Sequence record: DRR723986_4729
Strand: one strand, 5' to 3'
Length of the DNA stretch: 46,502 nt
Shown: piece by piece, positions 10,730 to 19,178 of the stretch
How positions within the stretch are numbered: the first letter of the stretch is position 1
How the letters are laid out: every line of letters starts with the position of its first letter
Translations under genes and position numbers: made by a program
Notes under the pieces: generated by a model
What the model saw: only the letters and a program-made list of their open reading frames with translations
Told to the model about the DNA's origin: nothing
Databases searched by the model: none

Positions 10730-10737
10730 TACTTTTG
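10730..10737 (+). promoter_or_regulatory. Bacteroidota -7 promoter box of ffh
   Basis: TACTTTTG matches TAnnTTTG, 21 nt upstream of ATG. Confidence 0.7.
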
Positions 10738-10758
10738 CACCAAATAGCCACATAAGGA

Positions 10759-12099
10759 ATGTTTGATAATTTAAGTTTAAAATTAGACCGGGCTTTCAAA
10801 ACGCTGAAAGGAACCGGGACAATCACCGAAATAAACGTCGCAACAACCGTCAAAGAGATCAGAAGAGCTTTGATTGACGCCGATGTTAACTATAAAGTAG
10901 CCAAAGAAGTCACGGATACGATCAAGACAGAAGCGCTTGGTAGGGATGTTTTGATCGCCGTTTCTCCAGGGCAGTTATTGATCAAAATCACCCAGGAGGA
11001 GTTGACCAAGCTTATGGGAGGGAAAAAGGAGGACATCAAAATCTCCGGTGATCCTTCGATTATTTTGATTTCAGGTCTTCAAGGTTCTGGTAAAACCACC
11101 TTTACTGGAAAGCTAGGCGCACACTTGAAGAAGCAAGGCCGTCAGGTTTTACTTGTAGCTTGTGATATTTACAGGCCAGCTGCGATTGATCAGTTGAAAG
11201 TATTAGGAGAGCAGATCGGAGTAGAAGTTTACGCTGAGCCCGAGAATAAAAATGCGCTAGAAATCGCTAACAATGCGATCGCTTATGCAAAAAAGACAGG
11301 AAAGAAAACGGTTGTAGTCGATACGGCGGGTCGTTTGGCAGTGGATGAAGCGATGATGAATGAGATCGAGGCTTTGAAAAAAGCTTTGAATCCATCTGAA
11401 ACACTTTTTGTAGTCGATTCCATGACCGGTCAGGATGCAGTGAATACTGCCAAGACCTTTGATGAGCGTTTGAATTTCGACGGAGTTGTGCTCACCAAAC
11501 TCGATGGCGATACTCGAGGTGGTGCGGCGATATCCATCCGCCACGTCGTGAATAAACCGATCAAGTTTATTTCTACGGGTGAGAAAATGGAAGATCTGGA
11601 TGTATTCCACCCAGATCGTATGGCTCAGCGAATCTTGGGAATGGGAGATGTGATTTCCTTGGTGGAAAGAGCGCAGCAGTCCTTTGATGAAGACGAAGCG
11701 AAGCGAATCAATTCGAAGATCCGTTCAAATAATTTCAACTTTGATGATTTCCTTTCACAGCTGGAGCAAGTGAAGAAAATGGGTAACATCAAAGATTTGC
11801 TAGGGATGATCCCAGGAATGGGTAAAGCCATAAAGGGCTTAGATATCGATGATGATTCATTCAAACCGATCGAAGCCATCATCAGATCGATGACTCCGGC
11901 GGAACGGGAACAACCTGATATTATCGATGGCAATAGAAGAAAGAGACTTGCTGCAGGATCTGGTAGAACGATCGTGGAGGTGAATAACCTGATGAAGCAG
12001 TTTGCAGATATGCGTAAGATGATGAAGCAAATGAACAAAATGGGCGGTGCCAAAGCTGCCATGAGCAAGATGCTTCCTCCAGGAAAAGGCAGAAGATAA
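10759..12099 (+). CDS. ffh: Signal recognition particle protein Ffh
   Basis: GLQGSGKTT, DTAGR, TKLDG, Met-rich M domain. Confidence 0.98.
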   Translation: MFDNLSLKLDRAFKTLKGTGTITEINVATTVKEIRRALIDADVNYKVAKEVTDTIKTEALGRDVLIAVSPGQLLIKITQEELTKLMGGKKEDIKISGDPSIILISGLQGSGKTTFTGKLGAHLKKQGRQVLLVACDIYRPAAIDQLKVLGEQIGVEVYAEPENKNALEIANNAIAYAKKTGKKTVVVDTAGRLAVDEAMMNEIEALKKALNPSETLFVVDSMTGQDAVNTAKTFDERLNFDGVVLTKLDGDTRGGAAISIRHVVNKPIKFISTGEKMEDLDVFHPDRMAQRILGMGDVISLVERAQQSFDEDEAKRINSKIRSNNFNFDDFLSQLEQVKKMGNIKDLLGMIPGMGKAIKGLDIDDDSFKPIEAIIRSMTPAEREQPDIIDGNRRKRLAAGSGRTIVEVNNLMKQFADMRKMMKQMNKMGGAKAAMSKMLPPGKGRR

Positions 12100-12105
12100 T
12101 AATTC

Positions 12106-12133
12106 AAAACCCGGTCGAGAGATCGGGTTTTTT
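12106..12133 (+). terminator. Intrinsic terminator of ffh
   Basis: AAAACCCGGTC-gaga-GATCGGGTTTTTT. Confidence 0.85.
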
Positions 12134-12334
12134 GCTTTTTGACGTTTTTACCGAGGCGGGCACGGAAGGGGTGCAGAGGGGGCGGAGTTTTGGAGTAGTG
12201 AAACCTGAGTTGTCCTGCTTCTCCTGAAGCTGGGCACTAAACTGTAGCGTTTGGGAACTACTCTCCGTAAAGTTTAAGATTTCGTTGTTCTTTATCCTAA
12301 CCAAATTTTATCTTTACTTAAATCGAAAGCCATT

Positions 12335-12808
12335 ATGAAAACACAACTCTTCCCCTTGATCGCTTTAGTTCTAGTCATTTTTAGTTGCAAAGATGTAGAG
12401 GGACCATCTCCAAATTCAAGAATAGAAGGTAAATATGTGTCTACTGTTGAAATTGAAACGACAGGAGGAAAACTCGATCTAGTTAATACGCTGAATTTAA
12501 AATCTGACGGTACATTTTATGCTGAAAATTATACCACTGAAGCAGGTAAGGATGAAATACTAGGCTATAGATCCTATTTCAATGGTACTTATACAATAGT
12601 CGATGAAAAAGTCACTTTAGAATGGAAGGAATCATACACGATGAATTTCTTTGATATCTATTACATGCCAAAAGCAGATTTAACGCTTTCAGGTGGGAAT
12701 GAGTTTATTGCGGATTATGCTATTGAACTTGATTTTACTCAACTTTCATTCATTTGCCCGCCGAATGCTTATTGTACAATATCAACCCCCTATATCAAGA
12801 TTAATTGA
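12335..12808 (+). CDS. Hypothetical lipoprotein (lipocalin-like beta protein)
   Basis: Lipobox IFSC; IEGKY motif; beta-rich composition. Confidence 0.75.
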   Translation: MKTQLFPLIALVLVIFSCKDVEGPSPNSRIEGKYVSTVEIETTGGKLDLVNTLNLKSDGTFYAENYTTEAGKDEILGYRSYFNGTYTIVDEKVTLEWKESYTMNFFDIYYMPKADLTLSGGNEFIADYAIELDFTQLSFICPPNAYCTISTPYIKIN

Positions 12809-12827
12809 TAAAGGGGTAAAAAATGAG

Positions 12828-12861
12828 ATGCTGTTTTCGGGTTCGGAAACAGCATTTTTTT
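12828..12861 (+). terminator. Intrinsic terminator between convergent genes
   Basis: ATGCTGTTT...AAACAGCAT followed by a T tract. Confidence 0.7.
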
Positions 12862-12874
12862 GATCAAAACCACC

Positions 12875-13618
12875 TCAATTCATCCACCTACTCATAAACT
12901 CCAGAAAAGCCTCTTTATAGTTATCGCTTACGCTGATGTGGTTTTTACCGATTTGGATTACATTTTTTGACACGGAGTCTATGTGGTCCAATGCCACAAT
13001 ATAAGATCTGTGAACTCTCATGAATTTGTCAGTAGGCAGCAGTTCTTCCATGCTTTTCAAGCTGGTCAATGAAAGCAAAGGATTGGGCTTGGAAAGTAAA
13101 TGCACTTTCACATAATCCTTGTATGCTTCTACATACCCAATATCTTTAAGCATCACTTTGACTAACTGATATTCTACTTTAAGGAAAATATATTCTGGAG
13201 CAGCAGGTTCAGCGATTGGGCCTTCAGTTTTGGTTTTAGTTTGTTTTTCGAAGTAGGAAAAGGCCTTAGTAGCTGCATTCAAAAAGTCCTCGTAGCTGTA
13301 CGGTTTTAGCAAGTAATCCAGCGCTTCTACTTTGTAGCCTTCTATGGCAAACTGATGATAGGCTGTTGCAAAAATGATTCTGGTTTTATCAGAATTCTTT
13401 TTTCCGTCCAATACCCGTGCTAACTCCATGCCTGATAAATCAGGCATCTGGATATCCATAAAGGCAAGCTGAACCTCATTTTGATTGATAAAGCCTAAGG
13501 CTTCAATTGCATTGGAAAACTTACCAATGAGATTTAGAAAGGAGGTTTGTTCGATGAATTTACTCAATAACTCAAGAGCAAGAGGCTCGTCATCTATGGC
13601 AACGCAGTTGAGTTTCAT
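12875..13618 (-). CDS. LytTR family response regulator
   Basis: IDDEPLA, MDIQMP, DYLLKP receiver motifs; FMRVHRSYIV LytTR motif. Confidence 0.96.
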   Translation of the reverse strand: MKLNCVAIDDEPLALELLSKFIEQTSFLNLIGKFSNAIEALGFINQNEVQLAFMDIQMPDLSGMELARVLDGKKNSDKTRIIFATAYHQFAIEGYKVEALDYLLKPYSYEDFLNAATKAFSYFEKQTKTKTEGPIAEPAAPEYIFLKVEYQLVKVMLKDIGYVEAYKDYVKVHLLSKPNPLLSLTSLKSMEELLPTDKFMRVHRSYIVALDHIDSVSKNVIQIGKNHISVSDNYKEAFLEFMSRWMN

Positions 13619-13727
13619 GAGCTTATAATTTGATTTTTAGCCATCATCCCGAAAAATCGGGACACGCTATGGAATCTCCCAAAATTTATATTCATCACAT
13701 TCTTTGACGCTTGAGTCATGGTCGATT

Positions 13728-14801
13728 TCATTCGAGATTAATAGTAAGGTTTACCCAATACTCTTGTTTAGCTTCGTCTTTTCCAAATTTCAGTCTATGC
13801 TTATCTGGGTAAAGCAAACTTAATCTCCTCTGGGTATTTACCAGTCCAATGCCATTTTCTTTGGCTTCCGGGCTATCTATATGGACGGGGAAAATGTGAT
13901 TTCTCGTTTCAAAGAAGACGGTAGTTCCCATGATTTCCAGCTTAATCATGATCTCACTTTGTTGCTGGCTACTTACTCCATGCTTGAAAGTGTTTTCCAT
14001 AAATGGAAGGAGAAGCATAGGTGCGATCACTAAGTCATCCTTTGGTTCGTCGATGGAAATATTTAGCGTGACTTTTTCAGTCAACCTCATTTTCATCAAC
14101 TCAATGTAATCGTTGATGAAGCTTACCTCTCTACTTAAAAGGGTTTCATTTTTCTGGTTTTCATACAATACGTAGCGCATCATTCTAGATAATTTCAAAA
14201 GAGCTTCCTGAGCCTTTTTCACATCCAGATTAGTTAGTGCATAGATATTATTAAGTGTATTGAAAAAGAAATGCGGATTGATCTGCGCCTTAAGGTAAGA
14301 CAGCTCTGTGTTGATTCTCTGTTGGTCTAGTTCTCTTCTCAGAGCCTCATCTTTTTGCCATTTCTGTACTGAAGCCACCGAAGTACTGATACCTATAGTT
14401 AATAAGTAAAGCATTACGTTAAAGATGTCTCCTGAAACTCTTCTTGGCTTTCGAATATAGGGCTCATCTGGGTTGAAAGCTTTATGCAGCAATTCCGGTA
14501 GATGTAGAAAGTTGTCCGCATAAATAAGAATTCCTACAAAAAAAACTCCTCCAAGTATAATGGATATGAGGTAGATCGCGTGTTTTCCTTTGAGTAGAAC
14601 CTTTGGCACAAACCAGAGCATATTCACATAGAAAAGACACACTAAAAGAAGAGCCATAAACACCTGCCTTACCCAAAACTCAACCGGAATATCGATTCTC
14701 CATGAGAGAGGAGATAGAAGGAGGAGTACCGTACTGAGCATGGACCAGCCAAGAATATGTACAAGAATAGAGACGCTCCTTTTGGGACTTAGATTGATCA
14801 T
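13728..14801 (-). CDS. LytS/YehU-type sensor histidine kinase
   Basis: LKAQINPHFFFNTLNNIY, ENTFKHG, GIGLVN; N-terminal TM helices. Confidence 0.95.
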   Translation of the reverse strand: MINLSPKRSVSILVHILGWSMLSTVLLLLSPLSWRIDIPVEFWVRQVFMALLLVCLFYVNMLWFVPKVLLKGKHAIYLISIILGGVFFVGILIYADNFLHLPELLHKAFNPDEPYIRKPRRVSGDIFNVMLYLLTIGISTSVASVQKWQKDEALRRELDQQRINTELSYLKAQINPHFFFNTLNNIYALTNLDVKKAQEALLKLSRMMRYVLYENQKNETLLSREVSFINDYIELMKMRLTEKVTLNISIDEPKDDLVIAPMLLLPFMENTFKHGVSSQQQSEIMIKLEIMGTTVFFETRNHIFPVHIDSPEAKENGIGLVNTQRRLSLLYPDKHRLKFGKDEAKQEYWVNLTINLE

Positions 14802-15142
14802 AAATCTGATTTTCAGTACTCAAACTAACGCAAAGCACTTCTTTATATAAAATGTAATCTACGAATTAGCTGAATAAGACTGCCAAAAGTCCCATTGACT
14901 AGATAAAGCGATTCGCAGATAGATATTGGCCTTTAGTCAGACGAAACGGGGTGTTTGTCGATGAATACACCCTAGCCGTCTATTTGGTTGAAAACTGCGA
15001 AACAAACCCTGTTGTTTTGTGGTAACAATAAGCACGAGGCCCAAGAATTTGAAAAATCTGGTGTAATCGAAAGGGGCTTCTGATAAATAATAAGTACAGT
15101 CACTTTCCTTCACCAGCCTAACTGAGCAATTATCTACAATAC

Positions 15143-17656
15143 ATGAAAAAGTTATTAAACATTATCGCAGCTCTACTACTAATCAGCACAAGTGGCTTAA
15201 TGGCCCAGCAGACTACTGTAAATGCAACTACTCCTGCTAAAATCGTTGGTATAGCCAAAGATGTTAGTTCGGGTGAACCTGTAGCCTATGCTACAGTCGC
15301 TCTATATGCAACGGGGAGCGAAACCAGTATCGCTGGAGCTGTTGCTGATGGTGACGGTAAGTTTTTTATCACGGGTATGGCTCCAGGTACCTATGACTTG
15401 AAGCTTAGCTTTTTAGGTTTTGAAACCAAAACCGTAAGTGGAATCAAAGTTGAATCCAAAACAGGAGACGTGAATGTAGGCGAAATCGGAATGTCTGATG
15501 AAGGCTTAGCTTTGGAAGAAGTAACTGTGCAAGGACAGCGTGATTTGATCGAAGAGCGTGTGGATCGTACAATCTATAAAGCTGAAAATGATAGAACTAC
15601 TGCTGGTGGTGATGGCACGGATGTGATGAGAAGAGTTCCCATGTTATCTGTGGATTTGGATGGAAACGTGTCCATGAGAGGTAGTAGCAATATCACTGTT
15701 TTGATTGATGGGAGACCTTCGGCTATTGCAGCAAGCAGCATCACTGATGCATTGAAGCAAATTCCTGCAGAGGAGATTAAAGAGGTAGAAGTGATCACTT
15801 CTCCTTCTGCCAAATACGATGCAGAAGGTACTTCTGGTGTTATCAACATCATTACCAAAAAGAATAACCTTCAGGGGATGTCTGCAAATATCCGTACAGG
15901 AGTTGGTCTAAGAGGTTCTGATCTGGGGCTTAATGCAAGTGCTAGAAAAGGTAAGTTTGGATTCACATTAGGAGGTCATGGTAGGTCAGGGTATAATATC
16001 AACGGTAGTTTTGCCAATAAACAATTAGTGACTAACCCAGATAATTCTATTTCCACTATCCAACAATCTGCTGATACTAAAAGCAATCAGCTTTTTGGAA
16101 GATATAACTTCGGTGTAGATTATGAGGTGAATAAATACAACTTCTTGACCGCAGCTGTCAATTTTGGGATTAGAAACAGAAGCAGCAATCAGGAGAATTT
16201 CCTGACTCAAAATTACTTGGATGGCGTTTTAGTAAGAAACCAACTGAGAGAAACAGACACTAAGGATAACTCGAATTCGGTAGATGTCAGCTTAAATTAT
16301 ACTAAAACATTTGAGAAGAAAGGTAAGGAAATCTCCTTGTTGACTTTGTATAGCAGAAACAACGGCGAAAATTCCTTTGTAAACACCCTTTTTGAAGAGG
16401 ATATGTCTACAATCGATTCAAGATTGAAGAATAATAACCCAAGCAAAAATGAAGAGTTTACCGTTCAACTTGACCTAGTAGAGCCACTTGGAAAAGAAGG
16501 TAAGTCGATTTTAGAATATGGCGCTAAAAATATCTTGAGAAAAGCTTACTCTGACTTTGCTTACTTCCAAGCTGATGGAGCAGATGGAGCATATGTCGAG
16601 AATCCAAATCCAAATTTGAGTAATGCATTTAGCTATGATCAGAATGTGACTGCAGGTTATGTTTCGTACACAGCTACCTTGTTTAAAAACTATACAATCA
16701 AGCCAGGTATAAGATACGAGTACACTACGATCAATGCTGACTTTAAGACTGAGACTACTGCGGCTGACATTCCTTCCTACGGTACATTTGTACCTAGCTT
16801 GAACTTGAGTAGAAAATTGGCAAATGGTAACATGATCAAAGCTTCATATAATAGAAGAATTTCACGTCCATCGCTTAGATATTTGAATCCAAACATTGAT
16901 TCATCTAACCCGCTTCAGGTTTCTCAGGGTAATCCAGAATTGGATCCTGAATACACGGATAACTATGAGTTAGGCTATAGTACCTTCTTCAAAAACACAA
17001 TGGTAAGCTTTAGTGGTTTTTTCAGAAATACTTCCGGTTCAATTCAATCAATCAGAACTGTAGCTGAAGACGGAGTGATCTACACAGGGTATGACAATAT
17101 CGGCCAGGAGAATGCTATAGGTACTAATATCTTCACAAATATTAGTGTCAATAATAAAATCTCTTTAAATGCAAGTGTGGATGCATATTACGCCATGCTT
17201 GACAATGGCCTGACTGATCCTAAGTATGCAGCATCGAATGAAGGTTTTGTAGTTAGCGGAAGATTGTTTGGTAACTACTCTTTACCAAATGACTGGCAGA
17301 TTCAGGCTTTTACTTTTGCTAGAGGTCGCCAGGTTCAGTTGCAAGGTTCATCAGGAGGATTCTACATGTATGGAATGGGAATCAACAAGCAGTTTGATGA
17401 GAAGAGAGGCACTATAGGTTTTGGCGCTGATAACTTCCTTACAAAGGAGTTTAAGATGAAGAATGAAATCAATACAGCTACCATCATTCAAAATAGCACG
17501 AACATCATGCGTAACATGAACTTCAAAATCAATTTCAGCTACAGAATCGGTAAGTTAAGTGTAGATCAGAATAAGAGAAAGAAGAGATCTGTAACTAACG
17601 ATGATTTGAAAAGCGGAGGCGATGGAGGAGCAGCTGAGATGCAGCAAAACAAATAA
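15143..17656 (+). CDS. TonB-dependent receptor / outer-membrane beta-barrel protein
   Basis: Signal peptide, CarboxypepD_reg-like N-domain, plug motif VEVITSPSAKYDAEG..GVINIITK, C-terminal FSYRIG. Confidence 0.93.
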   Translation: MKKLLNIIAALLLISTSGLMAQQTTVNATTPAKIVGIAKDVSSGEPVAYATVALYATGSETSIAGAVADGDGKFFITGMAPGTYDLKLSFLGFETKTVSGIKVESKTGDVNVGEIGMSDEGLALEEVTVQGQRDLIEERVDRTIYKAENDRTTAGGDGTDVMRRVPMLSVDLDGNVSMRGSSNITVLIDGRPSAIAASSITDALKQIPAEEIKEVEVITSPSAKYDAEGTSGVINIITKKNNLQGMSANIRTGVGLRGSDLGLNASARKGKFGFTLGGHGRSGYNINGSFANKQLVTNPDNSISTIQQSADTKSNQLFGRYNFGVDYEVNKYNFLTAAVNFGIRNRSSNQENFLTQNYLDGVLVRNQLRETDTKDNSNSVDVSLNYTKTFEKKGKEISLLTLYSRNNGENSFVNTLFEEDMSTIDSRLKNNNPSKNEEFTVQLDLVEPLGKEGKSILEYGAKNILRKAYSDFAYFQADGADGAYVENPNPNLSNAFSYDQNVTAGYVSYTATLFKNYTIKPGIRYEYTTINADFKTETTAADIPSYGTFVPSLNLSRKLANGNMIKASYNRRISRPSLRYLNPNIDSSNPLQVSQGNPELDPEYTDNYELGYSTFFKNTMVSFSGFFRNTSGSIQSIRTVAEDGVIYTGYDNIGQENAIGTNIFTNISVNNKISLNASVDAYYAMLDNGLTDPKYAASNEGFVVSGRLFGNYSLPNDWQIQAFTFARGRQVQLQGSSGGFYMYGMGINKQFDEKRGTIGFGADNFLTKEFKMKNEINTATIIQNSTNIMRNMNFKINFSYRIGKLSVDQNKRKKRSVTNDDLKSGGDGGAAEMQQNK

Positions 17657-17692
17657 GCGTAAGTATTAAATAGTAGATTGGGTTATATTTAG

Positions 17693-17725
17693 AAAACCCA
17701 CCCTGAATTATGGGTGGGTTTTTTT
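17693..17725 (+). terminator. Intrinsic terminator of TonB receptor gene
   Basis: AAAACCCACCC...GGGTGGGTTTTTTT. Confidence 0.88.
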
Positions 17726-17884
17726 ATGCTTCTTAATTGCCGTGATTGCAGAGCTTTAGACAAGGAACACTACTTGATCAAAGTAAGAAAACTGCGAAGC
17801 AGATAGCTTGAGGACTTACCCATTCCAATCTCTTAACTATTTCCGATTTTCTTTTATTGTAACCAATGACTTCATTAAGAATGA

Positions 17885-18048
17885 ATATCCGCTAACCTGC
17901 CAGTAAGGTGGCAAAAGCAAGGTAGGATAAGTAAAACTTAATTGAGACCACTTCGGTTTACGGACACTTGTGCTGAGCGTAGCCGGAGTATCTGTCTTAC
18001 AGCCTGATAAGCAAAGAATTTATGGTGACTGGCATCTTTGCGGATAAT
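17885..18048 (+). repeat. Structured dispersed element, copy A (unknown ncRNA or MITE-like)
   Basis: Colinear blocks shared with the reverse complement of 31770-31900; terminal IR TATCCGC/GCGGATA; inner stem TGCCAGT/ACTGGCA. Confidence 0.8.
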
Positions 18049-18058
18049 GATAAAAATG

Positions 18059-18094
18059 AAAAAGCCAGGCTTCAAATCAATGAAATCTGGCTTT
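18059..18094 (-). terminator. Intrinsic terminator of pdhB
   Basis: Minus strand AAAGCCAGATTTCA...TGAAGCCTGGCTTTTT. Confidence 0.7.
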
Positions 18095-18114
18095 GATATG
18101 TTAAAATAGATTGA

Positions 18115-19095
18115 CTAGTTTTTGTAGCAGACCTTTTTAATCGCATCTACAGTTCTCTTTACATTTGGCAAAGTAGCTTCGATGTAAGTAGGTGAGTAGC
18201 TCAACGGAATATCCATAGAGTTCACACGGATAACTGGAGAGTCTAGGTAATCAAAGGCATACCGCTGGAAATGATAGGTCAATTCAGATGAAATACCTGC
18301 GATAGGATTAGCTTCCTCTACGATCACTACTCTGTTGGTTTTCTTTACTGATTCTATGCAAGTAGCATAATCAATAGGCCTAACTGTACGCAAATCGATC
18401 ACTTCCGCTTCAATGCCTTCTTTAGCCATTTCTTCTGCAGCCTCTAGAGCTACTTTCATCATTTTACCGAATGAAATCACTGTGACATCTTTTCCTTTTC
18501 TCTTGATATCAGCCACGCCGATTGGAAGCAAGTATTCTCCCTCAGGCACTTCACCTTTGTCAGAATACATCACCTCAGACTCCATGAAGATCACTGGATC
18601 TGGGTCACGAATGGCGGCTTTCATCAGGCCTTTTGCATCGTAAGGATTAGAAGGAACAATCACTTTCAAGCCTGGAGTATTGGCAAACCAATTTTCGAAG
18701 TTGGAAGAGTGTGTAGCTCCCAGCTGACCAGCATTACCAGTTGGACCTCTGAAAACGACCGGTACGCTATAAGCTCCACCTGACATAGCTAGCATTTTAG
18801 CTGCGGAGTTGATAATCTGATCTATGGCTACTAGAGAGAAGTTGAAAGTCATGAACTCTACAATGGGCTTCAATCCATTCATCGCAGCTCCTACAGCAAG
18901 CCCTGAAAAGCCAAGCTCAGCAATCGGTGTGTCATAGACACGATCCGGACCGAATTCATCTAGCATTCCTTGGGATACTTTATATGCTCCGTTATATTCA
19001 GCAACTTCTTCGCCCATCAGAAAAACGTCTTTATCACGTCTCATTTCTTCGGACATTGCCTCTCTTAAGGCTTCTCGAAACTGTATTTCTCTCAT
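18115..19095 (-). CDS. pdhB: Pyruvate dehydrogenase E1 beta subunit
   Basis: GEEVAEYNGAYKVS, DTPIAE, EFMTFNF, EVIDLRT. Confidence 0.95.
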   Translation of the reverse strand: MREIQFREALREAMSEEMRRDKDVFLMGEEVAEYNGAYKVSQGMLDEFGPDRVYDTPIAELGFSGLAVGAAMNGLKPIVEFMTFNFSLVAIDQIINSAAKMLAMSGGAYSVPVVFRGPTGNAGQLGATHSSNFENWFANTPGLKVIVPSNPYDAKGLMKAAIRDPDPVIFMESEVMYSDKGEVPEGEYLLPIGVADIKRKGKDVTVISFGKMMKVALEAAEEMAKEGIEAEVIDLRTVRPIDYATCIESVKKTNRVVIVEEANPIAGISSELTYHFQRYAFDYLDSPVIRVNSMDIPLSYSPTYIEATLPNVKRTVDAIKKVCYKN

Positions 19096-19178
19096 TAGTT
19101 TATGACAAAATTTTGGCTCGTAAAAATAGAAAGGAATTGGCCAAAACCAAAAATAAAGACCGCTTAATCCCTAATAGA

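Noticed and set aside
11257-12304. Antisense and shadow ORFs in the track (here and over pdhB, the ALDH gene, rplY, prs, etc.)
   Set aside because: They overlap well-supported genes on the other strand or frame and show no recognisable motifs
15010-15142. Cobalamin or TPP riboswitch before the TonB receptor
   Set aside because: Only one weak stem (GAGGCCC/GGGCTTC); no B12-box or TGAGA core motifs
17885-18048. Element as c-di-GMP-I riboswitch, hammerhead ribozyme or integron attC site
   Set aside because: GGCAAA/GCAAAG and CTGATAAG are suggestive, but the GNRA/receptor arrangement, the CUGANGA...GAAA core and the RYYYAAC/GTTRRRY ends are absent; copy A also has no downstream gene to regulate
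18115-19095. Stand-alone pdhB without pdhA/pdhC
   Set aside because: Dispersed PDH genes are usual in Bacteroidota
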